NCBI GenBank assembly: GCA_012295275.1 | Contig: CM022670.1 | Coordinates: 10,602,001 to 10,666,000, forward strand | DNA length: 64,000 bases | Direction: 5' to 3' | Source: Chrysomallon squamiferum | Taxonomy: Eukaryota; Animalia; Mollusca | In this document: piece by piece, positions 14,508 to 27,362 of the stretch | How the letters are laid out: every line of letters begins with the position of its first letter | Numbering within the stretch: position 1 is the stretch's first letter | Position numbers and translations under genes: made by a program | The notes under the pieces: generated by a model | The model's database searches: none | What the model was told of the DNA's origin: nothing | Seen by the model: the letters and a program-made list of their open reading frames with translations, nothing else

Positions 14508-15344
14508 TATTCTGTTAACACTACTTCTTTCTATATTTCAGGCGAAATTACTGCGAAAGCCAGATACTCGAAATACGGGAAAACCAACCACAATATCGAG
14601 GTGCAGTTTAATCTGGACAAATCGTTCCCAGCTACAAGCCACGTTGGCCATATACAGAAAGTCGACTTGTGCCTGTGGACGGAGAGTTTTTACAACTTAG
14701 TCAATGAATACCCGAGTGTTCTGAAAAGCGCCACCATCAAAATATACAGCCTGGCCGGCAGGCAAATCGTCGACAAGCACAAACGAACTCTCCTGGCGAT
14801 GAAGCAGTTAAACGCGCTTGCCGAGAAGTGGACGCTCTTCGACATCCCCAAATCCGTGATCCCAGTCGACCACCACCGCAGCCTAGTGCTGGAAATAACG
14901 TGGAAGGAAATATTCGGACTCCTGTCTACGGACGTTATCGCTGGACTTCAGCCGGTGTTGATTCTGACGTCTGCCGAGAAGACGCAGCGTCGAAGGCGAG
15001 ATTTACCAAAACAGGACTGTAGCAGCGAAGACAATGAAACCCGGTGCTGTCGGTACCACATGTACATATCTTTCAAAGAACTGTTGTGGGACGACTGGGT
15101 GATAGCGCCCCCTGGATACGATGCGTACTACTGCGCTGGGAGCTGTCCGCACCGATACAAGATGGCCCACACCTTTGCCGGGATCCAGTCACTTCTGCAC
15201 ATGATTCAGCCGTCGAGATTACCCAGTCCTACGTGCTCGCCTACAAGTTTAAGTCCCCTGACCCTTCTGCACTTAGATGAACGAGGTTACCTCAGATACA
15301 CGAGCTATCCTGACATGATTGTCGATGACTGTCACTGTACATAA
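5698..15344 (+). CDS. TGF-beta superfamily ligand precursor, GDF15/Maverick-like, 357 aa, two exons
   Basis: Exon 1 is 5698-5968 (MDTVRWMVISTLLANFVLCHS signal-peptide-like; donor G|GTAAGT). Exon 2 is 14542-15344 (acceptor TTTCAG, phase 1 matches). Furin site RRRR at 14988-14999. The 114-aa mature domain has C..CC..WDDWVIAPPGYDAYYCAGSC..TC..DCHC cystine-knot spacing. Confidence 0.93.
7040..7170 (-). mobile_element. Degenerate tRNA-derived SINE-like fragment
   Basis: GC-richer island with a Pol III B-box-like GTTCGATTC on the - strand (7136-7144). Similar GATCGATTC heads lie near 11740 and 29155. Confidence 0.3.
8570..9550. mobile_element. Degenerate non-autonomous element with inverted arrays of about 22-bp subterminal repeats
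   Basis: 8575-8750 has repeated AAACACACCTA..TCGCCC-like units. 9035-9550 has looser reverse-complement-like units (TAGGTG..AGCGAA, GGGCAAAA, GGCGAA). Confidence 0.35.
10408..10661. repeat. Two-copy tandem duplication (about 116 and 138 bp)
   Basis: GATTCTGT..TAGGTCTTACTGA..AAGAAACAGATAA..AACTACTACAAATTTGCTAACAT occurs twice in direct orientation. Confidence 0.85.
12159..12620. repeat. (TAG)n tract followed by degenerate (CTA)n tract
   Basis: Trinucleotide runs visible directly; explain the poly-V and poly-L ORFs. Confidence 0.9.
13381..13640. repeat. (CA)n/(CATA)n compound microsatellite
   Basis: Visible directly. Confidence 0.9.
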
Positions 15345-15640
15345 ATTTAAACAAAATGTTGAAAAATATTTAACTGACAATGACATGAGGGCCGATGATA
15401 ATATAATGATAGAATCTGGAAATACTGTCTCAACATGGAACAGAATTTCTGCAGTGAGAAAGTTAAATTATTTCAGTGCGTAATCTTGTTGGAGGAATGT
15501 ACGTAAAGAATGTTTACATGTGATATGACTGATGAAATACATATCAGTACTATTTATGAAACCTGATTAACTTTTCATTCTTCTTTTCTTTTTTTCTTTT
15601 TTCTTTTTATTATTATTATTTGTGCTGTATATATTTTATC

Positions 15641-15983
15641 GGTAATCATATATTTCAGCGGCGTAAATTCGCAATGATTTTATGAACGGCGTAAATTATA
15701 ATATTTTTAAAATCTCAAATTTTGAAGATGGCGACACACATCCAATGCCGTTTACAAAATATCCTTCAGAATTACAGTAGCGCAATTTCCATCGAAATAT
15801 CTATTTATTTCATCCTAATATCTGCTGTATAATTAATTTATATCCATTGTAGCTTAATGTATGTCTTTGTATAAAGTTTGTGCTGTCTCAAAATAAACGT
15901 TTTTGGTCTAGAAAATGTACACTGTTTAACTATACGAGATTTCATACATTGCGAATTTACGCCGCTTCCAATATAGGATTACC
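15641..15983. mobile_element. MITE-like element (343 bp) with about 36-bp terminal inverted repeats
   Basis: Left end GGTAATCATATATTTCAGCGGCGTAAATTCGCAATG (15641-15676) matches the reverse complement of 15947-15983 (GGTAATCCTATATTGGAAGCGGCGTAAATTCGCAATG). No clear target-site duplication. Confidence 0.75.
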
Positions 15984-16974
15984 TTCTTCTTCTTTTTTAA
16001 CTTTTAGTATTTTTGTGATTGTTATTAATTCGTGAAATACGTGTTACTGTTTTAAGTTAAAATTATAAATGTGTGATTAAGAATTGACCATACCATGCCA
16101 CCAATACCTCCAAGTTACCGCCTTCCACAGATCGCGTATTATTCAACTGCGATGAAACGAGTACAGTTTTGCAGGTTAGTAGTCAGACAGAAAAGAATTT
16201 AGCGTGCTAATCAGAGCGAGTTGTTTGTGAATCACATCTACGACATGCACGTTCTCTGACAGGCCAGAGGGAGACTAGTCGTTAACGGATACAGATTATA
16301 TCGCTTCATTAAAACATAACAGTACTATTTTCTAAACCTTCAACCCAATTCGTTATGCATACGCATCAGTGTCACTCGCGAATTAAAGAATTGAAATGTT
16401 CAATAACCACATCACTTTAATTTATTTGTATTTCCTAGAACAGTCTGTGATTTGTCTGTGCTTTAAAATTATATAAATAGTAAAAACTTCATTGCTTTAG
16501 GCTACGGTTTAGCAATATACTTTACACAAATATACCAAGTATACTGTATATTGTTAAGGATCGTACAAATTATAGACATAACATGCACTCTTTAATAAAA
16601 CATTTAAAATAACAATAATAATAACAATAATTAAAACAAAAATTGTTCTAACACAGCAGGAAGTTTAAAAAAAAAAAAAAAAACACGTTTTGTTCTTATT
16701 TCCGGTTTTGTTAAATATCGAAAGTACAGTAATTTTGTCGATTTGTATTTATTCACTGTTATAAATTCTTTAATGTTGTAAAATTCATAATTTTATATAT
16801 TTTACTGAAACCATTTAAGAAAAAAAGTTCAGGATCTTTTTATTTATTTATCTTATAAATAGGAACGTTTGGATTCAGCTTCTATTATTGTCAACGATAT
16901 TCAGTACATATTGTCCTTTAATTTTACAGAATTTATTAATAATATATGTAATTATGAAAACAGTAAAACTTTAA

Positions 16975-17036
<62 letters not shown>

Positions 17037-17327
17037 AACGGTCGATCTCCGACGGCTTTGGTATCATTTCCGGCATGTTAGTATGTACTAATAAATCGGA
17101 TTTTACAGAATTGTTTCAGTATTTCTATACGGCATTACAAAATAGACATGATGTTAAATATGCTAAAATTCAGTCACTATTATTGCCTCGTATCGTAAGG
17201 TGCAAATTTCAGTTACTATTTCGAAATACAAAATAAACTGAGCAAGAATGTTTAATTGCAACTAAAAATATCAAATATTAAAAATTTGCAGAAATTCTTG
17301 AGTTTAAGATATTTGATTGAATGTTGT

Positions 17328-17359
<32 letters not shown>

Positions 17360-17481
17360 AAAATATTGTTTCCACATTATTATTTATTAGTTATTTAATG
17401 TTTGTATCAAAACTGTGTTTTATATTGTAATAGTGTCTTTCATGAGTAAATAATTATAAACCTGAACTGTCTTAACTTTAT

Positions 17482-17514
<33 letters not shown>

Positions 17515-17608
17515 GTGGAAAAGCTGGAATGGAAATAATGCTATGAAGACATGTCTTTGAGAACTAATCCAGAGAATCAAAAGTAATATATATCGATTAC
17601 TACTATTC

Positions 17609-17641
<33 letters not shown>

Positions 17642-17871
17642 ACAAACGTTTTCCTAAGGCTATGAATAATTTCTTCTTTTTTTTCCCTTGATATTTGCAA
17701 AGTGCTTCCCGAAGGACAAGTTTCATTTACTTGTCAATTAGTACTTGTTATGTCAATGGCCAGAAAATCTCTGACAATAGGAACCAGGCATTTCTCGCCA
17801 GAATTTTGTAAAAGTAATAATATAAAATAAGTAATAATATTATTGAAAGTAATAATAATAATAATAATAAC

Positions 17872-17912
<41 letters not shown>

Positions 17913-17925
17913 CGATGATGATAGA

Positions 17926-17957
<32 letters not shown>

Positions 17958-18971
17958 CACAAATTTCATTTAATGATTGACGTTTTTTTTACTTAATTTA
18001 TCATCCTTTCTGTATATCAAATTTGACATTTTAAAAGGCAATCACATGTAAATTTTGTATTTTAATTTTCATTTTTTAAATGTCATTCTAAGAAAATGGG
18101 GAAGAAAGGCTGACAAAATTTAATAGGTACTTCTAAGCAGTTATGTTAATTCTATTATACAAATCCAAAACGCTTTTTTCCCTAACTGCAATTTTTTTTA
18201 ATTCTTCTTTCCCAAGAATGCATTAACAATTTTCACATTTCGACTGATTTATTAATTATTTTCAATGTGAAGAAATTAACATTTAAAACATCATCTCTTC
18301 TGATGTAAGTACGCTGATTATGAGGGCGGAAGGTAATAAATATTTTGTTATCAGTATTATTAAAAATAAATTTTGTGGGTTTTATTTTATTTTATTCTTA
18401 TTATTTTATAAGAATAAGAAATGTGAAAATTAACTAAAATTAACTGTTAGTTTTCTGATATGTCGATAAAAAAATAATATTCGTATTTATCAGAAATAAA
18501 TAAATAAATAAATAAATATATATGTATGTATACATCTAAGTGCATGACCACCATTTCAGTAGAAATCAAACAAGTAAAATCATAAGTAAATAAATAGGAA
18601 TGATAACACCTTTCTGTGCAAATGATCTAAGCCAATTACAAACCAGATTTCTTTTTAAATTGTATTCACTTTCTTCACTGATGACGTTTTTGGACTTTGG
18701 ACCAATCGTGAAATCCCACAAATTGACACGTAACACAATGTCAGTTCTAAGGGTCCATAACGAGGTACCGAACCACTACGGTAGTTTAGACAACAGATAC
18801 TACGACCACTACTACAATCTCCATAACCAACACCACTACTACAGCGACTGAAATTTCGGTGACTATGACAATTACTACTACCACTACTACTATCACTACT
18901 GCTATTACTATCATCATCATCATCGTCATTATCATTAATTTAACTAAACTATGAGTGTTGCAGCTCCTAAA

Positions 18972-19016
18972 GTTATCAGCAAAGGCTGGTCTTTAATAAA
19001 GAGAAATTTTTTTATT

Positions 19017-19073
<57 letters not shown>

Positions 19074-19137
19074 ATATACACATATATATAAAACAATATT
19101 TTTCTCTCTTTATCAGAGACCAGTCTTTGCTAATAAC
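18972..19137. mobile_element. Short foldback/MITE-like element enclosing a (TG)n microsatellite
   Basis: GTTATCAGCAAAGGCTGGTCTTTAATAAAGAGA is nearly the reverse complement of TCTCTTTATCAGAGACCAGTCTTTGCTAATAAC. Confidence 0.65.
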
Positions 19138-20049
19138 AAGCTGGTAATGGTTACAGTCTAGTTTTATCCTCCAAGGTGAATATGGCGCTGTTCAGAGAGG
19201 CTCTGAGCCAAGAAGTAAAAAGCTAATATCTTAAGATAGTACTTAACCAGTTGTTACTTTTATCCTGCCATTCTAAATAATATAAAAACCAAACGACATT
19301 ATTTGTTTTATTTCTCAACTCATTTACGCATATTGATTTCGTTGTATTTGATATTTTTAAGATCCTATTTTATTATTATTGTTTTTTTTTTTTTTTTTTT
19401 TTTATTATTATAAAAACCTATCATTAATAACAACAACGACAAAACAAAAAAAAAACAAAACAAAAATACCGCAGCAAACGAGGTCAGGATTCATATATAC
19501 AAAGCTTAATTTATTATTTTAATATTCGCTTGCAACAACAACAACAACAAAAAAAATAATAAAAAAGCAATAACAGTGTCTTCAGAGAATAAAGACCATT
19601 TGTATGCAGTACCAGGGAAGGTACATTTTAAGTGTGTATAGATCAGGTTATGTAAGAACCTAAATACAATTATATTTATTCTGCTAATCTAAATCGTCTC
19701 TTAGAATCGTCATTAACATTCTTGAATGCAAGAAAAGTATACCTGGACGATTTTCGTGGATAAGAAGACAGTTTATATAAACGTAATTCACTTTAAACAA
19801 TTGAATGTGGATATCCAATAGCATTTGTTCAATTTAGGGGAAAGAAATATATTAGTTCGGTGGTGCATGCTTGCTTGAATGAAAAATATATATATATATA
19901 AACAAATATTAATATAAGCAAATATTAATGTTATTGAAGTTGGTGCTATTGTGAAATATATAATCTGGAGTTTCCTATGATATATTTAAAAAAGGGCGAA
20001 TGAGATCGGAAAAAATTGACGCATTTCAAGATTTATTTATTTATTTATT

Positions 20050-20115
<66 letters not shown>

Positions 20116-20414
20116 TTAGGGGATTGTTTATTTTTTAATTTACTTCTTGTTTGATTTTATTTATTTGTTTGTTTATTTATTTATTATTAGCTGCAATGCA
20201 GTAATAATAAAAATATAATTTTATAATAATAATAATGGAAAATAACTATAATTCTTTGCGCAAAACTTTTTAATTTCCTAAGAGGTGTTTCAGTTTGAGA
20301 ATATCCGTATTTCCCGAAAATATTACTTAGTAATTTTAACCTCTGAACGTAGGTCCTTTGGAGGAATATTATCAAAGAAGAATAACATTAACCGAATGCA
20401 TTCAGAAAGCTTTA

Positions 20415-20505
20415 AAATGATTGGTGTTGATTAACAAAAAGAACCAATCGAATTTAGTTTTATATAAATTCTTAGGATAGTTTATTTCGTCAAGTTCCGG
20501 ATGTT
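20415..20505 (+). promoter_or_regulatory. Housekeeping-type proximal promoter of NDUFAF2
   Basis: ATTGG near 20420, CCAAT near 20444 and ETS-like TTCCGGATGT near 20495, just upstream of ATG 20531. Confidence 0.4.
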
Positions 20506-20530
20506 GATATGTTGTTAAAACGAAAGTGTG

Positions 20531-23500
20531 ATGTCGTACAAAAGCAGCATCCTTGGAAGAATTTTTCATAATTTTCGCATTTCACTTCAGGCTCCGAAGC
20601 AGCCAGTTAAATTAGTAGGAAGTGATCATCTTGGAAATAAATACTTTGAAAAAGACACGGGTATTAATTAACATAATGACAAAAGAACTTTTTTTTTTTT
20701 TTTTTTTTTTTCTCTTTAAATGAGTTTAAATTTTAATCGTTTAGAAGTTTCAACGATATTTTAATGTTTTTGTTTAAGATTTAATTTTAGTAGATCATGG
20801 ATAATCATTAGTTAGGGGTATTATATCCGCCCTTACCCCCCTAAAAACTTTTTTTTTTTTTTTTTATAAAATTTTAAAAAAAAATTTAATTATTTTTTTA
20901 TACACACTAAATGGTAAGTGGTTACAAATAGAAGCAAACAGTTCTTCAACATTTCAAGCGGTAATACGTACGATGTTATGATGTCGGCCTTTCTAGGGGA
21001 GGTGTGGGAGGAAATCTTTATTTGTTATGTATAATCAGTCACTCATAATTTTTCAATATTAATTTGTAATAACGTATTAATGAACATAATTTATATATAA
21101 TTTATAGATGTTATTTGTATTAATACTCAAATGCTGTTCATTAATATCATTATTGTCACTGTTTGAAACTGTATTTAAGATTTGAAGTGTATTGTAATTT
21201 TGCTTTAGTTCCAGGAACAGGACTTCGACGTACCAGATGGGTTGAACCACTTGATCCAGATCAGTCCAGAGTCCCAGAACTTCCCACTGAGTGGACAGGT
21301 GAGTAAGAAAATATTTTCCCACCATAAAGCCATTTTAAAAAGTAAAATTATTTTTAGACTTCTTTTCCTTTGTCTTGTTTATGGTTGTATACCAAAAAGG
21401 CAGTTAACTGAAATGTAACAAGTACTGGACTAAATATTTAAAAGTCACAAATATTTATTATTATTATTATTATTATTATTTTTTTTAACAATTTTTTTAA
21501 TAATCTTTTTTATATTTTTATTATTTTTATTAACAAAAATTAAAATTAATTAATATTTCATGATGTATTTCTGTTATTTGTGTCCAAAGATATATATTAG
21601 GTAATCAAAGATGATGTATTTTTAATCTTTTATTATCTCTGAAAAAAATTACATTCAAGATTTTGCACATAATTATGGTATTTATGCAACTAGCATAATT
21701 ATTATAATGATAATTTTTTATTTATGAAATACATCTATTATTTATTTGACTGGAAGTAGGCTGTAAAATATTTAAAAATTTGTTTATCATTTTCATTTAC
21801 TTTATTAATCTTCAAGACAAAAAATTTACATATTTTAAAACTTTTTTGTTTGATTATATTTATTTAAATCATAATCTGATTTGTTGAAAATAAAACTCAG
21901 TTTCTTTTTGCAGCTTGGTTAAATAGAAGACGAAACCAACCACCTACTCAAGAGGTGAGCTCAAAATAAACATTAAAACAGAAAATATCTTCTTTTTCTA
22001 AAGATGGATGTTCAGCTTAAAATAAATCATATTTTCCATAATTTTTGGTTTAATATAAAAAATAACATGGTTCTGCCATAAAAATATAATTGTATTTCAC
22101 TTTAAATTAATGTGAATCAGTTGATGAGTGAACTATTTATTAAAAACAATAACAGTTGATAAATTATATATTTTCATTAATCAAAAATAGTAATAAAATT
22201 TTAAAATGTTCAATCTTAAACATTATAATTAATGGAAGAGTAACTGATGTGTCAAACTGAAAGAATATTTATTTATATGCTAATTATCCAACAACATTTT
22301 TAAACATTCACTATTACAAAGTTAAGCATTCTGAAAAAGATTTTTAGTTTATTTATTTTTAAATTGTAGGTATTGTAATGAAAACTGTAGTTGTTGGATC
22401 ACTTATTATGAATATTTTACCTGATTGATAATTAAGCTACATTTTAAAAACAGTTACTGTTTATAAGTTAGGCATACTGGTATTAAAGACCTTTTCTGGA
22501 AATTGTAGATAATAAAGAAAACAGTATCCATTATTAAATCATATTCAATTAATACATATCTACCAGTACCTAAACTACATATTAAAATTAATGGCTTTTT
22601 CTAAATAAAGTATTTTAAAAATCATTATTTATTTCTTATCTTTTTAAACATTAAGAAAATCTTTTTTTTTTTTTTTTTCATCTTTTTTTAATTACTTTTT
22701 TTTAATTTTATTTTTCAATCTTTTAATTTTCATTTAATTTTTTTTTCTTTTATTTATTTATTATTACCATTATTTTTTTGCTATAGGAAATTGACAGAAA
22801 CTATGCCATCATGATGCGGACAATTCAGAGAGCAAAACAGCTGGAGGAGAAGGCAAAACTGGTAAAATTATTTAGTTATTCTTAGAAATGTAATGTTTAT
22901 TTATTATGCTTATTAAATAAATTGCGAAATAATTTGTTACGTTTTCATTAATTTTAGCAAAACTCAGAAACCCTGAGAAAGTCTGTTGTACAATTTATTT
23001 TTCATGTTAATTTATAAATTTAATATTTACAACAGCACCTGATATTCATGTTAATATATCAACTGCTGTAAACATTATCCTGTCTGCAAATATGAGTTTC
23101 CATATGATTATACGTTTTTTTTCTTCTTTTTGTTTTACAAAATTGTATTAAACCTACTAATATGTGAAACCTGTAGATATATTTTATGTGGATATTATAT
23201 ATTCGGTTATCACCAACAAAGATTGAATCGATTTTTAATTAGGAAAAATAATTATCTTATCTGTTATTTAAAATCAGTTTCTGGGTGGGTTTCTTTTATT
23301 ATCATTGATAGTTTGAGCAAATATTCTTAACAGATTTTGTACAATTACAAGTTAAATATTTTATTTGTAAGTTTTTTTTACACAAACCTTTGTTAATAAT
23401 AAAACAAAGCTAAAAAACCCACATTATTAACAAAAACTGGTGTTCATAATTAAATTGTATTTTGAAAGCACAGTACATATATTTCGGCTGTTTTGTTACT

Positions 23501-24482
23501 CTAACGCAGAAAGTCTTTAACAACAATTTGGTGAACTAAGCTGTTGAAATAATTAACTGTTTATGTTTTGCTTATAAAGGAGAGTGCCAAAAGTGATCTC
23601 CCTTCTTCAGAAATCACTGAAACAGTGGAACCTGAGTCAGGCAAAGGTAAGGACATTTTCATTTTTAAAGCTGGCACCAGACCTTTGTGTTCCTTAGGCA
23701 AAGCCAACTACTTGTATATTTCCAAAATGTTTTGTAGAAAAAAAAAAAAAAAAAAAATTTAAACACTAAATATATTTTAAACTTAGACAACAAGTACCAC
23801 AAATTGCCAAGAACACCAGCATTAAGAGCATAGTATCCATTAATATACCAGTAGCCATGTTACCAGACACTTTGGGGCAAATAGATTTTCATTTAAGACA
23901 TATGGCACTACATATGGTTTACCATGCAAAAAAAAGAAAGTTGTTCATTTATGAGTGTGTGAATGAAAATTATAGTTACAATTTTTTTTTTTTTAAATCA
24001 GTTTTTGGTTTGATCAAGAAATTTTAGATAGACAAAATTCAAATTTTAAATAATCAAACTGATCCTTAAACATCAGTAATACATCCCTCTGATGTCTGCT
24101 TCCGAGGAAGCTGTATATTTGTCATAATGGTAGCTTAATAAATCATATTTATTGATAATTTCATGTGTTGTTGCTAGTAGTACATAGCTGGAGAAAGTTA
24201 AGTTGGAGTAGCAAAAAATGTATGGTTCCTGTCTTAGATTTCTTCATTACAGAACCAGAATTGATATCCGTAACTTTGAAAATGAAATATATTGATACAG
24301 CATTATCCCTCTTTTTTCTTTTTTTTTTTTAATGTTATGTATTATAATTTTGTTATTTATTTATTTATTTATATTAAATAAACCATAGCTGTTAACCAAA
24401 CTCTTTGCTCTTGTTTTCAGTACCATTTCCTTCATATGAAGAGTATGAGGCTGTACCAGGAGTACCTAAGAAGAAGACATGA
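20531..24482 (+). CDS. NDUFAF2: NADH:ubiquinone oxidoreductase complex assembly factor 2 (mimitin, NDUFA12 family), 154 aa
   Basis: Exons 20531-20660, 21209-21298, 21914-21954, 22787-22861, 23580-23646, 24421-24482, all GT-AG with consistent phases. Family motifs LVGSDHLGNKYFE, RRTRWVE, LPTEWTAWLNRRRNQPPTQEE and C-terminal FPSYEEYEAVPG. AATAAA at 24590. Missed by the ORF track because the exons are short. Confidence 0.88.
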
Positions 24483-25156
24483 TGTTAAAAAAACTTAGCT
24501 GATATATTACATTTTATATTGTTATTATTTGAGTGAATGTGTTCATGGCTTGGTTGGCCACCATAATTATTACCATGTGTGTACTGTTTAATAAAGTGAT
24601 TTCAATGTAGCTTCTGTGTCCGATTTCCTTCACACATAATTATGTACATATATAGATGTGAATGGATAAATAAATACATCTGCTGCAGTAGGAAATCCAG
24701 GCAGGGGGTGTCAGGGCCATGATACCACCCCCTCCTTAATATCTGAATGGACATTATAGACCTCCCTGTGTGCTATAAGCATTAAAATAATAGACGATTT
24801 GATGTACAGTTAATTAATTATGAAATATTTATAAGAACTGTTGAAAGTTATTCATAAAGTTATTTGTACTACTAGTTTAGACGTAAAATCCCAGTCATTT
24901 TGTACCTAATTAGTTGTATTCACTGTATTGTGTAGAGATTTATTCATGACTATAAAATTATCTAATATTAAATATTGCAGCATAAAATTGACTTTTAGTT
25001 AATTATTTTCTTGTTATCGGTTTTAAATAATTTCTATTTTAGTTCAAAAATAGTGTAGTAAACAAAAATGTAAAAACAGGAAACTCGTTGTAATTTCAAA
25101 TCGCTAATACTGCCTGCATTAAAACCGTGTTCAGACAGTCGCAGTCCCAGAACAAA

Positions 25157-25489
25157 ATGTCTGAACCCGAAGTCGGTCGTTTAGTTCATCGTAATTTACA
25201 GTTTTACGACAGTTCGTGCTGCCGAAGTATGCGAAGGACCAAAAGCACAACCGGTATGTGCAGAAGTGACAAAAGGTACGACGACATGCGACAGTCGATT
25301 CTTGCTCAGTGTCAGAACAAAAACGAAGACTATTTCTTGTCCCAGAGTAACGAAGAATTATCCTCAAACAACATAACAGTGAGGTGGACAGACGAGATGG
25401 AGGGAGTCGATCTGGTGAACGTACGTTACATAGAAAGAAGACGTATCGACAAAAAATGGAAATCTTTGATACAGTTATTTTGGTTGTAA
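25157..25489 (+). CDS. Intronless orphan ORF-A (110 aa), candidate PP1-docking microprotein
   Basis: CAAAATG start context; GC/CpG-rich island in AT-rich DNA; motif ITVRWTDEMEGVDLVNVRYIE; AATAAA near 25708. Confidence 0.6.
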   Translation: MSEPEVGRLVHRNLQFYDSSCCRSMRRTKSTTGMCRSDKRYDDMRQSILAQCQNKNEDYFLSQSNEELSSNNITVRWTDEMEGVDLVNVRYIERRRIDKKWKSLIQLFWL

Positions 25490-27362
25490 ATATAAATGCA
25501 GTCCAATACCAATGGTGTAAACGGCAACATAAATCGCCCTCATAATGACTAAACCTGTGAAGTTCAACTAGACATTCAACAAGAATAGAATTGTAGAAAA
25601 AAAAAAAAAAATACACGAACGGTTTTAGGATTTAAGAAAGGGTTTGGCTGTGGTCATTCAACTTTCGAGTTTTATTGACTTTCATTACAAATATTTATAT
25701 GAGAATTAATAAATAAAAATTTGCAACAACTTTGTAGTAAGTCAATTTTATACATAATGCTACAATATTTAATATTTTTAAATAATTTTTATAGTTAGAA
25801 CATAAAACATAAAAAAACAACAACAACATCTGATGAAAAAGAAAACGTTGAGCGACTTCTATGGACCAAATTTTTCTGAGTATTTAGTTTATTTATTTAA
25901 TATGCTTTATTTGAATTTCATGATGTAATCACCAGCTGCATGGGCGGATGTTTCTATTTTTGATTAATGTTTATTCATCGAATGTTGCGGATAACTTTTA
26001 TTTAAATATGTACGCCAGTGTTTTCACTTACAAAATGTAACAACCCTAACAAGGCGAATAATAAATGACTGTCATTTTCACTTTTACCATGACTTTATTA
26101 TGTATATATAATTAACGTTCTTTAAATGCACATCGTGATTTTATACTATATCGTTATGTAATAAATAAACTATTTTTCAGAAAAATGGTGTATGTACGTT
26201 TATTATACGTTGAAGATATATATATATAAAAACTTTTTATTCCAAGACAATTTGTCAATTTCTAACTTATCGGATTAATATTCATAACCATAAATTATCT
26301 ATTTCATTAGACATAGAATTACTGAGATTAATATGCAACATGATTATATATACAGGATCAGTTTAAAGATTAATTTAAGATTATATTATTCTTTTCATTT
26401 ATACTTATTAAATAAACTGTAAAAGTTTTTAAATCCGAAGATTACCGAATAATGAACTTCTCTTTCATTACAATGTTTATAAAAATTACATTTTCAATGT
26501 TTGGGTAAAAGTAAAATTTATATGTTGACTTACGATTTTTGTGAATAAATCATGCATTTATTTACATTATAGCTGTATTAACAAAACGAAATTTTAAATG
26601 TTTTGACATGGGTTCGATTGTCTGTCTAAATTTCCCATCCCTGAATCATTTTCGTGACCAACATCATTAAATGATAAGATATTTATCAGAGCAACTGACA
26701 TCCAAAAGATCTCACCCGGCGTTGGCACTTCTAGGATGGTACCAACACTAGTATATTTAGAAATGGTTAGAAACATCAGACATGAATAAATTATTCGATG
26801 GCAATTAATTACCGGCAAGCGCCAGGCGCAGATAAGCCAAAACCTCATTAGGAATTGATAGATCTTTGTATAAATGCATCCTTTGGGAAGCTGCGGTAGG
26901 CGCAGTAGCTTTCTGACTCGAAAATTGTCAAATTTGTCAGAAACTGTTGTTGTTTACGTTGGAAGTGTTGACGTATATATTTATACACTCGAAACTGTTT
27001 ATTTCACTGATGTTTGTGTCTGTTTACTTCCTCGTCTTTCGTTTGAGGGATCTTTCTGCAAAAGCAAGAAGTTTTTTTTTTTTTCTTGGCTTCACTGCAG
27101 TCAAGAGAGAAAGATTAATAACAAAATGTGGATAGAATAATTTGATCGTTCATCAAATGTCGTGATACCATTTAGAAATAAAGGAACAGCCAGTGAAATA
27201 ATTTAAAAAATATCTTTACGTTTTACTGAATGTCGAAAGATTTATCTTCACACATATCTTCTTCTGTTCGATCTGGATTATAATCAGAGCCGCCGCTTTA
27301 AAAACTACGGATATTACAGAGATTCGATTTACCATCTTCCTTTCAAAAAAAAACTCTAAACA

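Noticed and set aside
14343-14541. N-terminal 66 aa of the 333-aa ORF
   Set aside because: Intronic (GT)n/(CT)n sequence; the real exon starts at the acceptor before 14542.
20501-20518. Tiny uORF MLICC* in frame just before the NDUFAF2 start
   Set aside because: Its ATG is part of the ETS-like promoter motif and may lie upstream of the TSS; cannot be supported.
25131-25616. 161-aa antisense ORF (and the 128-aa antisense ORF at 27356..27742)
   Set aside because: Shadows of the + strand ORFs with no recognisable motif; the 161-aa one starts in a poly-T run.
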